Source: Candidatus Parcubacteria bacterium (GTDB lineage Bacteria > Patescibacteriota > Patescibacteriia > UBA1558 > GWA2-36-10). From it: a DNA stretch of 49,126 nt. The notes below the pieces were generated by a model. That model was not told where the DNA came from. It saw only the letters and a list, made by a program, of their open reading frames with translations, and did not search any database. How positions within the stretch are numbered: position 1 is the first letter of the stretch; the number at the start of each line of letters is the position of its first letter. This document shows positions 9,543 through 19,410 of the stretch, one piece after another. Location: assembly GCA_018669975.1 (NCBI GenBank), contig JABHSK010000009.1:1-49126 (forward strand), in the 5' to 3' direction. Position numbers and translations under genes: made by a program.

Positions 9543-11034
9543 TAAAAAATATCTACTACTACTTGGCTTAATTATAGTACTTGGCTTTTGTTTACGTTAT
9601 ATAAATATCGGAAAACATATTCTATGGGTAGACGAGGCTGAAACTGTCATTAACACTATCCAAGTAATTGAAGATGGCTATCCGCATGGTTATTTTAAAG
9701 GACAACCTATCCATGAAAATATATCCTATATTAAAATAGAAGATCCTGTATATAGATATGCGTCTACTAATTATTATGGATCTAAATATGAAAACAATAA
9801 GGGTTGGTTAACTTATTTTTATTTAGCTCCTTTTATAAAAACGTTTGGCTTTTCTGAATTATCATCCAGGTTACCATTTTTGTTGTTTTACATTTTAACC
9901 ACTATTGTAATTTTCTTCTTTACAAACAGATTATTAAAAAATAAAAAAATAGCCTTAGTGGCCTCTCTTATTTTTGCCATTGATATCTTAGCCATTTACT
10001 ATGGTAAGCAAGCCCGTTATTACTCTATCTTTATGTTTTTAGGGGTATCAAGTATGTATTTAAACTATTTATATATACATAGCAAAAAAAATATACACCT
10101 TTGGTTATTAACTACCTCATTAATTCTCACTTTCCATACACACATAACACTATTTGCCTTTTTGGTATTATTTTATTTCTATTATGACTTTATCAGAACC
10201 AAAAAAATAAAATTTAATAAAGCTATATTATATAATGCACTGTATCTACTAGTACTAACCGTGCCCTGGTTAATTCTAGTAAAATTTTGGGTTAATTTCA
10301 CTACCCATGACGTCAAAGATAACCGAGAGATAATAAAAGTGTTATGGCTGCTGATAGTATTTCTAATTCCACTTAGCGTAAAACTTACTCGAGTGATGCT
10401 GGGTTATAAGGGTAAATTAAAAATAACCAACACCGTTAATGATTATTTAGCTACTTTTTCCATAGCTTATATTATATTCGTACCAATAATCATTCCTGCC
10501 GAATCAATTACATCGAGAGTATTTGCTCCGCTGATACCTATATTTGCCATAATTATTACCCAACTATTTTACCAGGCAAGTAAAAAATTATGGAAAATAC
10601 ACAGCTTCTTTATTATAACTACCATCACACTATACATAATGTTATTTATGGCTAATGGTTTAGGAGCTGATTATGGAAATGCTAATTATATAAATACTAT
10701 TTTAAAATACACCGAGGAAAAAAACTTAGGTTCAGATGACATTATTGTCAGCAATTGGAATGCACTATCGTTAAAATTATATAGTGACCACCAAGTCTAC
10801 CCAGTAAGACCTTTACGCCCTGACTTTTTCAATAATTATCCAAATAGAATACTAGCCGTATTTGTCTATAAACAAATATATTTCCCTGGATCAGGATTCA
10901 CAAGAGAAGATGCTAGAGAGTTAGACTTTTGGCTTAAGGCATTTAATGAAATCAGCGATAGACTAAAGACTTGTAAGCAAGTTGATCTAGGCATCGCTGA
11001 TACGATTGTACTTGACTGTCCTGCACTTAAATAA
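9532..11034 (+). CDS. GT-C membrane glycosyltransferase, paralog of the upstream gene
   Basis: WVDEA, SELSSRLP and QARYYS; shares long blocks with 8010-9542 (IQVIEDGYPHGYFKG, YGSKYENNKGWL, TVPWLILVKFW). Confidence 0.8.
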   Translation: MKNNKKYLLLLGLIIVLGFCLRYINIGKHILWVDEAETVINTIQVIEDGYPHGYFKGQPIHENISYIKIEDPVYRYASTNYYGSKYENNKGWLTYFYLAPFIKTFGFSELSSRLPFLLFYILTTIVIFFFTNRLLKNKKIALVASLIFAIDILAIYYGKQARYYSIFMFLGVSSMYLNYLYIHSKKNIHLWLLTTSLILTFHTHITLFAFLVLFYFYYDFIRTKKIKFNKAILYNALYLLVLTVPWLILVKFWVNFTTHDVKDNREIIKVLWLLIVFLIPLSVKLTRVMLGYKGKLKITNTVNDYLATFSIAYIIFVPIIIPAESITSRVFAPLIPIFAIIITQLFYQASKKLWKIHSFFIITTITLYIMLFMANGLGADYGNANYINTILKYTEEKNLGSDDIIVSNWNALSLKLYSDHQVYPVRPLRPDFFNNYPNRILAVFVYKQIYFPGSGFTREDARELDFWLKAFNEISDRLKTCKQVDLGIADTIVLDCPALK

Positions 11035-11045
11035 AACTTACACTT

Positions 11046-11077
11046 AAAAAAACCACCCCTGAGTAGGGATGGTTTTT
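11046..11077. terminator. Bidirectional terminator
   Basis: AAAAAACCACCCCT-GAGT-AGGGATGGTTTTT between convergent genes. Confidence 0.7.
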
Positions 11078-11088
11078 AAAAATACTCG

Positions 11089-13407
11089 TTAATAGCAATT
11101 GTTTTCTAAAAATTCTATAAACTTCTCACTATCATGATTAAAAATATTACGCCACATGTAGTATTCAATTATTGGCTTATCATTACTGACTGTTGGATAA
11201 TCTGATAAAGCACTAGCTATACATTCATTGTTTAAACGTAAATTATACATATCTTCAGCAGTAATATCCTCCTCTGTCCACTCATTTATATCTTCTGCGA
11301 TACCTTCTTTAGAATGACCTGCTTTAAACTTTTCTAGATTTGGCTCGATATTCTCAAAAGAACCTACTAAGTATACCCCCACCCTATCTGGACTATCCCA
11401 AATAGATACGTGAGGAAAGGCCTCTAAAAATGTTTTGATAATAATTAGAGCATCCTGTTTTGACATAGCAGAATAAACCCACTGCACAAACATGCCATCA
11501 GAATTTAAAATTTTCTTACTCTTCTCATAAAATTCCTCTGAATAAAGCACTGTAGTACCTACACTATTTACTGGTGGTGGTGGGTCAACAGTTATAATGT
11601 CATACTTCTTATCAATTAAAGATACATAATTATAACCATCATTTATATAAATATTACCACGAGGATTATCTAAAATCTCTTGAGCATCTTCATGAAAAAC
11701 ATGAAGAGCATCAGGAACAGATGGAATAAGCTCAACAGCATCCACATCTAAACCATGCTTCAAAGATGAACGATAGGTGGTTCCCATACCAAAAGCAATA
11801 TTGAGCAACCTCTTTGATGAATCATTTAAAAACATAGGTAAATGAGCCATAAGTTTTGTATCTGTGGTTAAGAATGTCATGCCAATACCATTGACTTTTA
11901 GATGCGCATTATCATCATTGTCCCTATACGCCACTACCTCTGCTTCTAAGTCGTGCCCGATGAAATACTTATCTTCTGATAAAACCGTTTTAACGGTTTT
12001 TACTATTAGAGTATCGAATAAATTACCACCTACATAATAAAAAGATATAAAAGCTAATACTATAATTGCTCCACCATAAACAAATATTTTTTGTGCTTTT
12101 TCTTTAAGCCATTTTTTATCCAATAACACAAAAGTGATGCCGAGAATACAATTAAAGGTGGCAAATAAAAACACCAGTTTGCTGCCGCCAACCATGGCCA
12201 AAAATATTAAACCAGTCAACATAATACCCAAGACTGAACCAATTGTATTAACTGCATAAAGCATTCCTGCCTTAGTGCCTACTTTATCCTTTGAGTCACC
12301 CATAAAAGATATTTCATACATAATTGGAAAAATAATACCCATTAATAATGTTGTGACAAATAAAGCGAAAAAAGCAAAGGCTGGTAAAGAAAATAAGGCG
12401 TGTTGCGTAGTATTCACACTGATGTTGTTTATGCTAAACAAAACTGCAATAGAGGCTATCCCAATAACAAATTCTGCTAAGCCAACTACCAAAAATGGTT
12501 TTTTAATCTTTACTCTTTTAACAGCATAACTACCGAGCGCAATCCCTAAAAGAAATACAATAAGAATAGATGCGAATGAATAAGTAAAATTACCAATAAT
12601 AGGCGCGAATAGTCTCATCCAAATAATTTCATAAGAAAGTGATAAAAATCCAGACAAGAAAAATAAAATAAGTACTATTTTTTTATAACCCTTAACTGGC
12701 TCAACGTCATAATGTTTATCTAGATCTATTACTTGATTACCATCTACCGCTGAAGGCTTTTTCTTTTTAGCAGCTATAATAGCCCATAAGCCAATAATAA
12801 TATTTAAGGCCATAGCCACTATAAAAGTGGCCTTAATGCCTATTAATTCTAATAGAAAAAAACCAGATAAAATAGTGCCTAGAACAGCACCTAAGGTGTT
12901 TATACCGTACAATTTACTAGTGACCCCCTTAATTGAGTCTTCTTTAGCGAAGAAGCTTAATATTACAGGGAACGTTCCACCCATAAACAGTGCCGGAATA
13001 AAAACAACAAAACTAGCCAATAAAAATTTTACAGCTAGCAGTGATCCACTGGGATCATGATAAAAAATGCTATAAAAATCATAAATATACCTAGATAAGA
13101 AAAAATACCCTAGTCCTGATGATAGGGCTATACATATTTCTAACACTCCATAAAAACCTAGCTTACTCTTAATTTTGTCAGAGTATTTTCCTAAAATGTA
13201 ACTACCTATTCCCAGTCCCAGCATAAAACTAGCTACCACTGCCGTGGCAGAATAGACAGAATTTCCAAATAAATAAAGTAGAATTTTTGACCAAAGTACT
13301 TGGTACATCAAACTACTAGCACCAGAAATTAATAGAAAAAATACGACCAATTTATACATATCCATTGGTCTGGTAGGCGTGCCTTTATCGACTTGTGTTT
13401 CTTCCAT
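11089..13407 (-). CDS. Fused MFS-like membrane domain / spermidine synthase-like SAM-binding protein
   Basis: About 13 TM helices with repeated LYGINTLG/LYAVNTIG motifs; C-terminal Rossmann fold (AFGMGTT, DAVEL, NDG, YDIITVDPPPP, EEFY). Confidence 0.85.
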   Translation of the reverse strand: MEETQVDKGTPTRPMDMYKLVVFFLLISGASSLMYQVLWSKILLYLFGNSVYSATAVVASFMLGLGIGSYILGKYSDKIKSKLGFYGVLEICIALSSGLGYFFLSRYIYDFYSIFYHDPSGSLLAVKFLLASFVVFIPALFMGGTFPVILSFFAKEDSIKGVTSKLYGINTLGAVLGTILSGFFLLELIGIKATFIVAMALNIIIGLWAIIAAKKKKPSAVDGNQVIDLDKHYDVEPVKGYKKIVLILFFLSGFLSLSYEIIWMRLFAPIIGNFTYSFASILIVFLLGIALGSYAVKRVKIKKPFLVVGLAEFVIGIASIAVLFSINNISVNTTQHALFSLPAFAFFALFVTTLLMGIIFPIMYEISFMGDSKDKVGTKAGMLYAVNTIGSVLGIMLTGLIFLAMVGGSKLVFLFATFNCILGITFVLLDKKWLKEKAQKIFVYGGAIIVLAFISFYYVGGNLFDTLIVKTVKTVLSEDKYFIGHDLEAEVVAYRDNDDNAHLKVNGIGMTFLTTDTKLMAHLPMFLNDSSKRLLNIAFGMGTTYRSSLKHGLDVDAVELIPSVPDALHVFHEDAQEILDNPRGNIYINDGYNYVSLIDKKYDIITVDPPPPVNSVGTTVLYSEEFYEKSKKILNSDGMFVQWVYSAMSKQDALIIIKTFLEAFPHVSIWDSPDRVGVYLVGSFENIEPNLEKFKAGHSKEGIAEDINEWTEEDITAEDMYNLRLNNECIASALSDYPTVSNDKPIIEYYMWRNIFNHDSEKFIEFLENNCY

Positions 13408-13488
13408 TTTTTTCTCTAATTATTTAATTAACGCTTAATATTATAACATACTAACTAATCAATAGAAAACAGCAAAAAGCACTAGCTA

Positions 13489-13546
13489 TTGACATAAATC
13501 AACAAAAATAGTATGGTTGTATGTAAATTACTTTGTACCCTCAAAA
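13489..13546 (+). promoter_or_regulatory. Sigma70-type promoter of the NYN gene with a degenerate boxA-like motif
   Basis: TTGACA (13489-13494), 17 nt, TATGGT (13512-13517); TGTACCCTCAAAA at 13534-13546. Confidence 0.6.
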
Positions 13547-13661
13547 CACACTAGAAAGGAAGGTGTAACTATAATATTGTGCGCAAGTAACCAGCGTACC
13601 TGGATCCTCCCCTGTAAATACTACAGAGCCCTAAAAACCGCAACCTTAGGGGGTTTATATC

Positions 13662-14396
13662 ATGTTAGGGCAAAAGAAAAAAGGCAAAGATACATATGTG
13701 CTAGTAGATGGTGAAAATATTATTTTCTCTATTCAAAACAAATACGGCCTCAGGCTAAATTTCCATAGAGTGGTCCAGATGCTCACAGAGCTTTACGGAG
13801 ATGTCAAAGTCTTCGTATTCGGCCACTTCAGTGATGACGGCAATGGGCTTTTCCTAGCCGTCAAACAACACATACAATCCTGTCCTCATACACACGTCGT
13901 TGACACCAGAGTCAGTAATAAACCACACCGAGAACAATCGGATCTAGCCATGCTAGAGGAACTGACTATGGGCATTAATGGCCTTTTCCAAAATCTTGAT
14001 GCATACGAGAGAGCTGTTTTCATGACTGGTGATGGCTCGATGCTACGGGCCGCACTTCATTGTCGGGATGTATTTGATCTGGACACTATTGTCATGGCTG
14101 AAGAAGGCACCATCAACGCCTCATTCATGGACGCAGGAATCAATGTGGTCCATGTCGATCCCATCGTCAACAACCTATTGGTTGTTAACAAACTAGACGA
14201 TGACATTTTTGCTGCTGCTGGTGCAGGCTCAGTCGATGACATGCTAGAAGCCGTCCAGGTTAATCACCTCATGCATACCCCGGCACAAGCCAACGAAAGA
14301 GAGCGTGATCGTATCAGAAGCATCAATCAAGTTCGACGAGAACTTATCCGACACCGAATCAATCTTATGCTCCAAGCTAAGGGGCAAAAAGAATAG
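13662..14396 (+). CDS. NYN domain (LabA/DUF88, PIN-fold) protein
   Basis: VLVDGENI, QSDLAML and FMTGDGS motifs; SD-like AGGGGGT at 13648-13654. Confidence 0.75.
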   Translation: MLGQKKKGKDTYVLVDGENIIFSIQNKYGLRLNFHRVVQMLTELYGDVKVFVFGHFSDDGNGLFLAVKQHIQSCPHTHVVDTRVSNKPHREQSDLAMLEELTMGINGLFQNLDAYERAVFMTGDGSMLRAALHCRDVFDLDTIVMAEEGTINASFMDAGINVVHVDPIVNNLLVVNKLDDDIFAAAGAGSVDDMLEAVQVNHLMHTPAQANERERDRIRSINQVRRELIRHRINLMLQAKGQKE

Positions 14397-14407
14397 ACCT
14401 TTCTAAT

Positions 14408-14441
14408 ATCCCCATCGAGACGGAACTCGATGGGATTTTTT
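14408..14441 (+). terminator. Terminator of the NYN gene
   Basis: CCCATCGAG-ACGGAA-CTCGATGGG followed by ATTTTTT. Confidence 0.85.
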
Positions 14442-14623
14442 ATTTATGCTATAATAAAAATATCCATGGTCCTTTATTCTATCTTCAAAATAAATATTAA
14501 ATAAACTAAAGCGTGTTATATCCTAGAGATAATAATACATCAAGTCAGAAAAAATATTAGTTGTTTGATAGCTTATTGAGAAGTAAACTAAACAATTGAA
14601 TATGGAAAACGTGGAAGTTTTAT

Positions 14624-14662
14624 GAACTCCATCTACATTGGGGCAGATGGAGTTCTTTTTTT
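14624..14662 (+). terminator. Plus-strand intrinsic terminator with no annotated gene directly upstream
   Basis: 11-bp stem GAACTCCATCT/AGATGGAGTTC followed by T7. Confidence 0.75.
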
Positions 14663-14677
14663 ATTTAAATTTTATTG

Positions 14678-15715
14678 TTAGAGACGATCTTTGGTAATAA
14701 ACATAGCATCACCAAAAGAAAAAAATCTATATTTAAGATGAATTGCCTTCTGATAGGCTTTTAAAATAAATTTTCTACTCGCTAAAGCAGACACCATAAA
14801 TAATAATGAGCTTTTAGGTAAATGAAAATTAGTAATCAACTCATCTACAAATCTATACTTATAGCTAGGGTAAATATAAATGTCTACCCACTTAGATCCT
14901 GAATTTAATTTACCATCCTTATCAGCAAAAGCTTCTAGGGTACGGGCACTAGTGGTGCCCACCGCAATAATGTTCTTGCCCTGCTTTTTAATTTTATTCA
15001 ATTCGACCACTGTCTGTTCATCAATACTAGCCCATTCGTGATGAATTTGATGCTTAGTAATATCCTCTGTTTCTACTGGTGCAAAAGTACCCAACGATAC
15101 ATGTAAGGTTACTTTGAAAATTTTAACTCCTTTTTCCTTAAGCTGTTTAAGCGTCTGTTCGGTAAAATGAAGGCCAGCTGTAGGCGCTGCCGCTGAACCA
15201 CGTTCCTTGGCATAAATAGTCTGATAGTCCTGTTTTATCTGCTTATTGTCTCCTACCTTAATGTAAGGCGGTATAGGAGTATGACCAATTTGATCAATTA
15301 TTGTGTTCAGTTTTTGTCCTGATTTATTAAATTTGATTTGCTTTGTTTTGCCGTCTATATTCTTAATAATCTGCGCCTCCAGCTTTTTGTCAAAATAAAT
15401 AATATCATCAATATTTAAATTACGACCACCAATCATAGCCTGCCACTGATCATCTTCTATATTTTCGGTCAACAAAACCTCTACCTTGCCGCCTGTTTTC
15501 TTCTGCCCATAGAGCCTAGCTGGAAAAACCTTGGTCTGATTAACCACTAAAACATCATTATCAGTCAAGTACTCCGGCAAATCATAGAAGTGCTTATGTT
15601 CTATTGTTTGTTTTTGTCTATCTAAAATCATCAACCTAGAGCTGTCTCTAGGTTTAACTTGTTGTTGAGCAATTAGCTCTGGTGATAACTTGTAATCAAA
15701 TAAATCAAGCTTCAT
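14678..15715 (-). CDS. queA: S-adenosylmethionine:tRNA ribosyltransferase-isomerase QueA
   Basis: FDYKLSPELIAQ, PIPPYI, YQTIYA, AAPTAGLHF, VGTTSARTLE, TNFHLPKSSL and YRFFSFGDAM; start moved to ATG 15715. Confidence 0.96.
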   Translation of the reverse strand: MKLDLFDYKLSPELIAQQQVKPRDSSRLMILDRQKQTIEHKHFYDLPEYLTDNDVLVVNQTKVFPARLYGQKKTGGKVEVLLTENIEDDQWQAMIGGRNLNIDDIIYFDKKLEAQIIKNIDGKTKQIKFNKSGQKLNTIIDQIGHTPIPPYIKVGDNKQIKQDYQTIYAKERGSAAAPTAGLHFTEQTLKQLKEKGVKIFKVTLHVSLGTFAPVETEDITKHQIHHEWASIDEQTVVELNKIKKQGKNIIAVGTTSARTLEAFADKDGKLNSGSKWVDIYIYPSYKYRFVDELITNFHLPKSSLLFMVSALASRKFILKAYQKAIHLKYRFFSFGDAMFITKDRL

Positions 15716-16253
15716 CTCTGTCTCTTTTAGAATAAACACAACCACAATAGTCTTGTCGATAAAAACCTTCAACCTTGGACATGTTACAAGATATTTTATA
15801 ACCCTCTTGTTTTTTCCAATCACGATCAACAAACTCTATATCATGCTTTTTAGATAAAGCTTGTCCAATCTCACTTATTTTCTTATAGTCTTTATGTGGG
15901 CTAATAGATAGGGTGGTAGCCCAGGCAGCAAAACCATTGTCCTTGGCTCGTCTAACTACCTCGCCTAAGCGTAGATTAAAACAAACATCACAACGACGAC
16001 CCTTTTCAGGCTCATGCTCCAATCCCTTAATTTGTTCAAACCAATCCTTAGTATTGTAGTCTCCTTCTATGAATTCTACATCAATCTTTTCCAAATATTT
16101 TTTGACCTCCACTTTGCGAGCTAAGTACTCCTTGCGAGGATGAATATTTGGATTGTAAAAATAAACAGTAACCTGATACTGCTTTAAAAGCTCCTCGATG
16201 ACATAAATAGCACATGGTCCACAGCAAGTGTGTAGAAGTAATTTTGGTGTCAT
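15705..16253 (-). CDS. queH: Epoxyqueuosine reductase QueH (DUF208)
   Basis: LLLHTCCGPC, FYNPNIHP, RCDVCF, TTLSISPHK and YRQDYCGC motifs. Confidence 0.93.
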   Translation of the reverse strand: MTPKLLLHTCCGPCAIYVIEELLKQYQVTVYFYNPNIHPRKEYLARKVEVKKYLEKIDVEFIEGDYNTKDWFEQIKGLEHEPEKGRRCDVCFNLRLGEVVRRAKDNGFAAWATTLSISPHKDYKKISEIGQALSKKHDIEFVDRDWKKQEGYKISCNMSKVEGFYRQDYCGCVYSKRDRDEA

Positions 16254-17542
16254 AATTCTGTTATTACTTTAAGTGGAGCTGAATATAGCTCCTGATAGGT
16301 GGTAAACCTATTTAAGGGTATAATTTGTTTAGCATAGGACATCATCAGTAAACCATTAAATACCATTCCTGTAAATATCACTACTATCACTATTATAAGA
16401 ATGATTTTTTTAAGTTTAATTCTATAAAATAAATAGGTCCAACCCCAAGCAAAGATAAACAAACTACTAACCATACGTCTAGCTCCAAAAGAGCCTCCAC
16501 CGTACCAATCGTATAGAGCGGAATTCATATATATCTGCAACATTAACGCCAACATCATTAAAGATGCGAGTAATTTATATTTTCTAAAAGACCAAATTAA
16601 ACCTAATAAACCCAAAATCAACAAAGGGTGTATTACTAACATGCCGTGGTAGCTAGAAAATAAAAATTGCCAAATATTAGGGTCACTTAAGCTAAAAAAT
16701 GTCTCTCCCTGCGGCACAGTAATCCAACTTCCAAAAATATATCTCCACATAAATAATTGTGGCAAGATAGCAATAATAAAAGATAAAATGAGTACCAAGA
16801 TTTTGTTTATATTTTTCCTGCCCCTATTAAACAGTCTACTTAAAATAATACCTAGTGGGATTACTGCCAACAAAATATCCTGCCAGCGCAATAAAAACAA
16901 CAAACCAACAGTAATACCTAAACGAACAAAGTCTTGCCATCGCCATTGTTTGGCTTGATATATTTTTACACTAAAATAAAAAACTAAAGCACCGGAAAAG
17001 ACTGTTAGCCCATGGGCCATACTAGGCTCGTAGATTAAATAAAATGGCACTGGTGACAATGCTATAGCTACTAGAGTGCCCCACCAAGCATATTTTTTAT
17101 CTAATAACTTAACTAGCGCCTTAAATATAAAAACCACCCCTAATAAAAAATAAAACCAGGTGCCCACGGCAATAGCTATTTGGTATGGTAGATTGTACCC
17201 AGCAAGATCAAAGTCATCCACAAAAACAAATAAACTATCTATCAGCTGCGCTAAGATAATAAAAGGGCTCCACAAAATAGCTGAGCCAACAGCAAAAGGA
17301 TTACCAACATTACCACTGGCTACTTGCCAACCCTCAACAGTGTGATGATCATAGAGCTTATCATATAGGGTAAACTCGTTATTAAGATCAAAATTACCAT
17401 CAAAAAATAAAGATCGCGCATAAGCATAATACCCAAAACCATCTCCACCTATTTGCCAAGATGGTTTAAGAGCTATTACTGCTAATAATAAAATTATTAA
17501 TATTAATAGCGCTAAGTTACCTGCGGTATGTTTCTTTCCCAT
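16250..17542 (-). CDS. GT-C-like polytopic membrane glycosyltransferase
   Basis: GDGFGYYAYARSLFFDG periplasmic loop, WYGGGSFGARR motif and multiple TM helices. Confidence 0.7.
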   Translation of the reverse strand: MGKKHTAGNLALLILIILLLAVIALKPSWQIGGDGFGYYAYARSLFFDGNFDLNNEFTLYDKLYDHHTVEGWQVASGNVGNPFAVGSAILWSPFIILAQLIDSLFVFVDDFDLAGYNLPYQIAIAVGTWFYFLLGVVFIFKALVKLLDKKYAWWGTLVAIALSPVPFYLIYEPSMAHGLTVFSGALVFYFSVKIYQAKQWRWQDFVRLGITVGLLFLLRWQDILLAVIPLGIILSRLFNRGRKNINKILVLILSFIIAILPQLFMWRYIFGSWITVPQGETFFSLSDPNIWQFLFSSYHGMLVIHPLLILGLLGLIWSFRKYKLLASLMMLALMLQIYMNSALYDWYGGGSFGARRMVSSLFIFAWGWTYLFYRIKLKKIILIIVIVVIFTGMVFNGLLMMSYAKQIIPLNRFTTYQELYSAPLKVITEL

Positions 17543-17580
17543 ATAAAAATTCTATAAGAAGCTGTCTAGCTTGTCAAAAT

Positions 17581-17609
17581 AAAAAGAGTCGTTGCTGTTG
17601 CAACGACCC
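17581..17609 (-). terminator. Terminator of the 17618-18169 gene
   Basis: Minus strand GGGTCGTTGC-AACA-GCAACGACTC-TTTTT. Confidence 0.8.
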
Positions 17610-17617
17610 ATAATATT

Positions 17618-18169
17618 CTATCCTTCCTGCGGTGCAGGCGGTTGTGACACATCCGTGTCAACGCTCCGCATACCAGCAGTAGTGGCATCCTTGATGCCAG
17701 TAGCAGCGTCCTTCATATCGGACAAGCTTACACGAGCCTCTTCGTCAATATCATCTCCCAAGGCTACTGCCTCATCCAATACCTTAAGGAGCGCGCCAAG
17801 ATTGTCCAATAAATCCATCTGCAGAGCCCTCATCATTTCATCGGGAACACGCTGATAGCGATCAGTAACATACTCTTCCCAATTTTCCAAGGTAGGCTGC
17901 TCGAGCATATTAGGACGACTGTCCTTTACTTCTTGCATCAGTCCGATGTCAAAAGCCAGGTCACGGGCATCATAGAAATCCAGGGGTATCCTCTGGCCAT
18001 CTTCGGTAAACATTACCAAAAAGTTGGTGGTTTCCAACATCTGCCAGCTGGTACCTTGATCTAGAATGTCCATGATTGTTGCCCAAAACTGCTTGAAAGC
18101 TGCCGGAAAATTACTGTGAGCTCCTTTTTCCTCGAGTCCAACTGTGACTGAAAAAACTGTCTTCGGCAT
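17618..18169 (-). CDS. Hypothetical acidic protein (183 aa)
   Basis: ORF with SD AAGGAG, its own promoter and terminator; GC-richer than the flanks; no family recognised. Confidence 0.75.
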   Translation of the reverse strand: MPKTVFSVTVGLEEKGAHSNFPAAFKQFWATIMDILDQGTSWQMLETTNFLVMFTEDGQRIPLDFYDARDLAFDIGLMQEVKDSRPNMLEQPTLENWEEYVTDRYQRVPDEMMRALQMDLLDNLGALLKVLDEAVALGDDIDEEARVSLSDMKDAATGIKDATTAGMRSVDTDVSQPPAPQEG

Positions 18170-18226
18170 TAGAATTACTCCTTGCTTGGGTTTTGTAATG
18201 ATGAACTAATATACTACGAATCATAT

Positions 18227-18278
18227 AAAATGTACTTAGACTTCCAGTGAAGTTAACAAAAAAAAATAATAGTGTCAA
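18227..18278 (-). promoter_or_regulatory. Sigma70-type promoter plus boxA-like motif
   Basis: TTGACA (18278-18273), 17 nt, TAACTT (18255-18250), then AGTACATTTT (18236-18227). Confidence 0.65.
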
Positions 18279-18282
18279 ATAG

Positions 18283-18311
18283 AAAACGCGCCCCGTTTAT
18301 AGCGGGGCGCG
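18283..18311 (-). terminator. ruvB terminator
   Basis: CGCGCCCCG/CGGGGCGCG stem followed by TTTT on the minus strand. Confidence 0.8.
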
Positions 18312-18321
18312 CTAAAATATA

Positions 18322-19338
18322 TTAAAACAATTTACTATCTTTTGGCTTTTCAACCTCTAAATAGTCATAAGTCTTCTCAGTAGCCACCCTACCCTTAGAG
18401 GTTCTAGACAAAAACCCTAACTGCATCAAGTATGGTTCGAATATCTCTTCAATGGTGCCGGCCTCTTCCTGGACCGCTGCTGCTAAAGTGCCTAAACCAA
18501 CTGGCCCACCAGAAAAATTATCTACTATAGCCTTGAGTAACCTTCTATCTAAATCATCTAAACCGTGTTTATCAATGGCCATCAATTCTAAAGCCTGATT
18601 AGTTAGGTCTAATGACACATCTCCGTTACTCTTAACTTGAGCATAATCTCTAACCCTCTTAAGAATACGATTAGCTATCCTTGGGGTAGCTCTACTACGA
18701 CTAGCTATCTCATCACTGGATTGTTGATCCATGCTAATACTTAAAATATCCGCTGAACGTCTTACTATACTAGACAATTCTTGATCATTATAAAAATTCA
18801 GTCTAAAGGTAACGCCAAATCTATCCCTAAGTGGTGAAGAAATTAAATTATATCTAGTGGTAGCACCGATGATAGTAAACTTTGGTAAATCCAAACGCAA
18901 GATCTGAGCTGAAGGACCTTTGCCTAAAATAATGTCTAAAGCAAAATCTTCCATGGCCGGATAAAGAACCTCTTCAATAGTTTTATTCAATCTGTGTATC
19001 TCATCAATAAATAGAATGTCACCATCTTGTAGATTAGTGATGATGGCTGCTAGATCTCCTGCCTTAGAAATAGCTGGCCCAGATGTAACCTTTATACCCA
19101 CACCCATTTCTTTAGCTATAATATGAGCTAAAGTAGTTTTACCTAAACCCGGGGGTCCAAAAAGCAACACATGATCCAGCGCTTCCTTCCTTTCCTGGGC
19201 AGCCCTAAGAACAATATCTAAATTAGCCTTGACCTGTTCTTGTCCAACATAGTCCCCTAATTTTTGTGGACGTAAAGTCAAATCCCAAGTTTTGTCAGTA
19301 TTTTGCTCTTGAGCTGATGTTATTCTCTCTTCTTCCAT
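18322..19338 (-). CDS. ruvB: Holliday junction branch migration helicase RuvB
   Basis: [43 protein letters not shown] and EPYLMQLG. Confidence 0.97.
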   Translation of the reverse strand: MEEERITSAQEQNTDKTWDLTLRPQKLGDYVGQEQVKANLDIVLRAAQERKEALDHVLLFGPPGLGKTTLAHIIAKEMGVGIKVTSGPAISKAGDLAAIITNLQDGDILFIDEIHRLNKTIEEVLYPAMEDFALDIILGKGPSAQILRLDLPKFTIIGATTRYNLISSPLRDRFGVTFRLNFYNDQELSSIVRRSADILSISMDQQSSDEIASRSRATPRIANRILKRVRDYAQVKSNGDVSLDLTNQALELMAIDKHGLDDLDRRLLKAIVDNFSGGPVGLGTLAAAVQEEAGTIEEIFEPYLMQLGFLSRTSKGRVATEKTYDYLEVEKPKDSKLF

Positions 19339-19383
19339 AGTATTTAAAAGATTATCATCAAATTTAGATATTTACAAGGAATC

Positions 19384-19410
19384 AAAAAATCCCGCCGTAG
19401 CGGGATTCTT
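19384..19410 (-). terminator. gyrA terminator
   Basis: AATCCCGC-TACG-GCGGGATT followed by TTTT on the minus strand. Confidence 0.8.

Noticed and set aside
13517-13714. 65-aa ORF upstream of the NYN gene as an antitoxin or leader peptide
   Set aside because: Its TTG start overlaps the -10 element, so it would begin before the TSS; it has no SD and overlaps the NYN gene.
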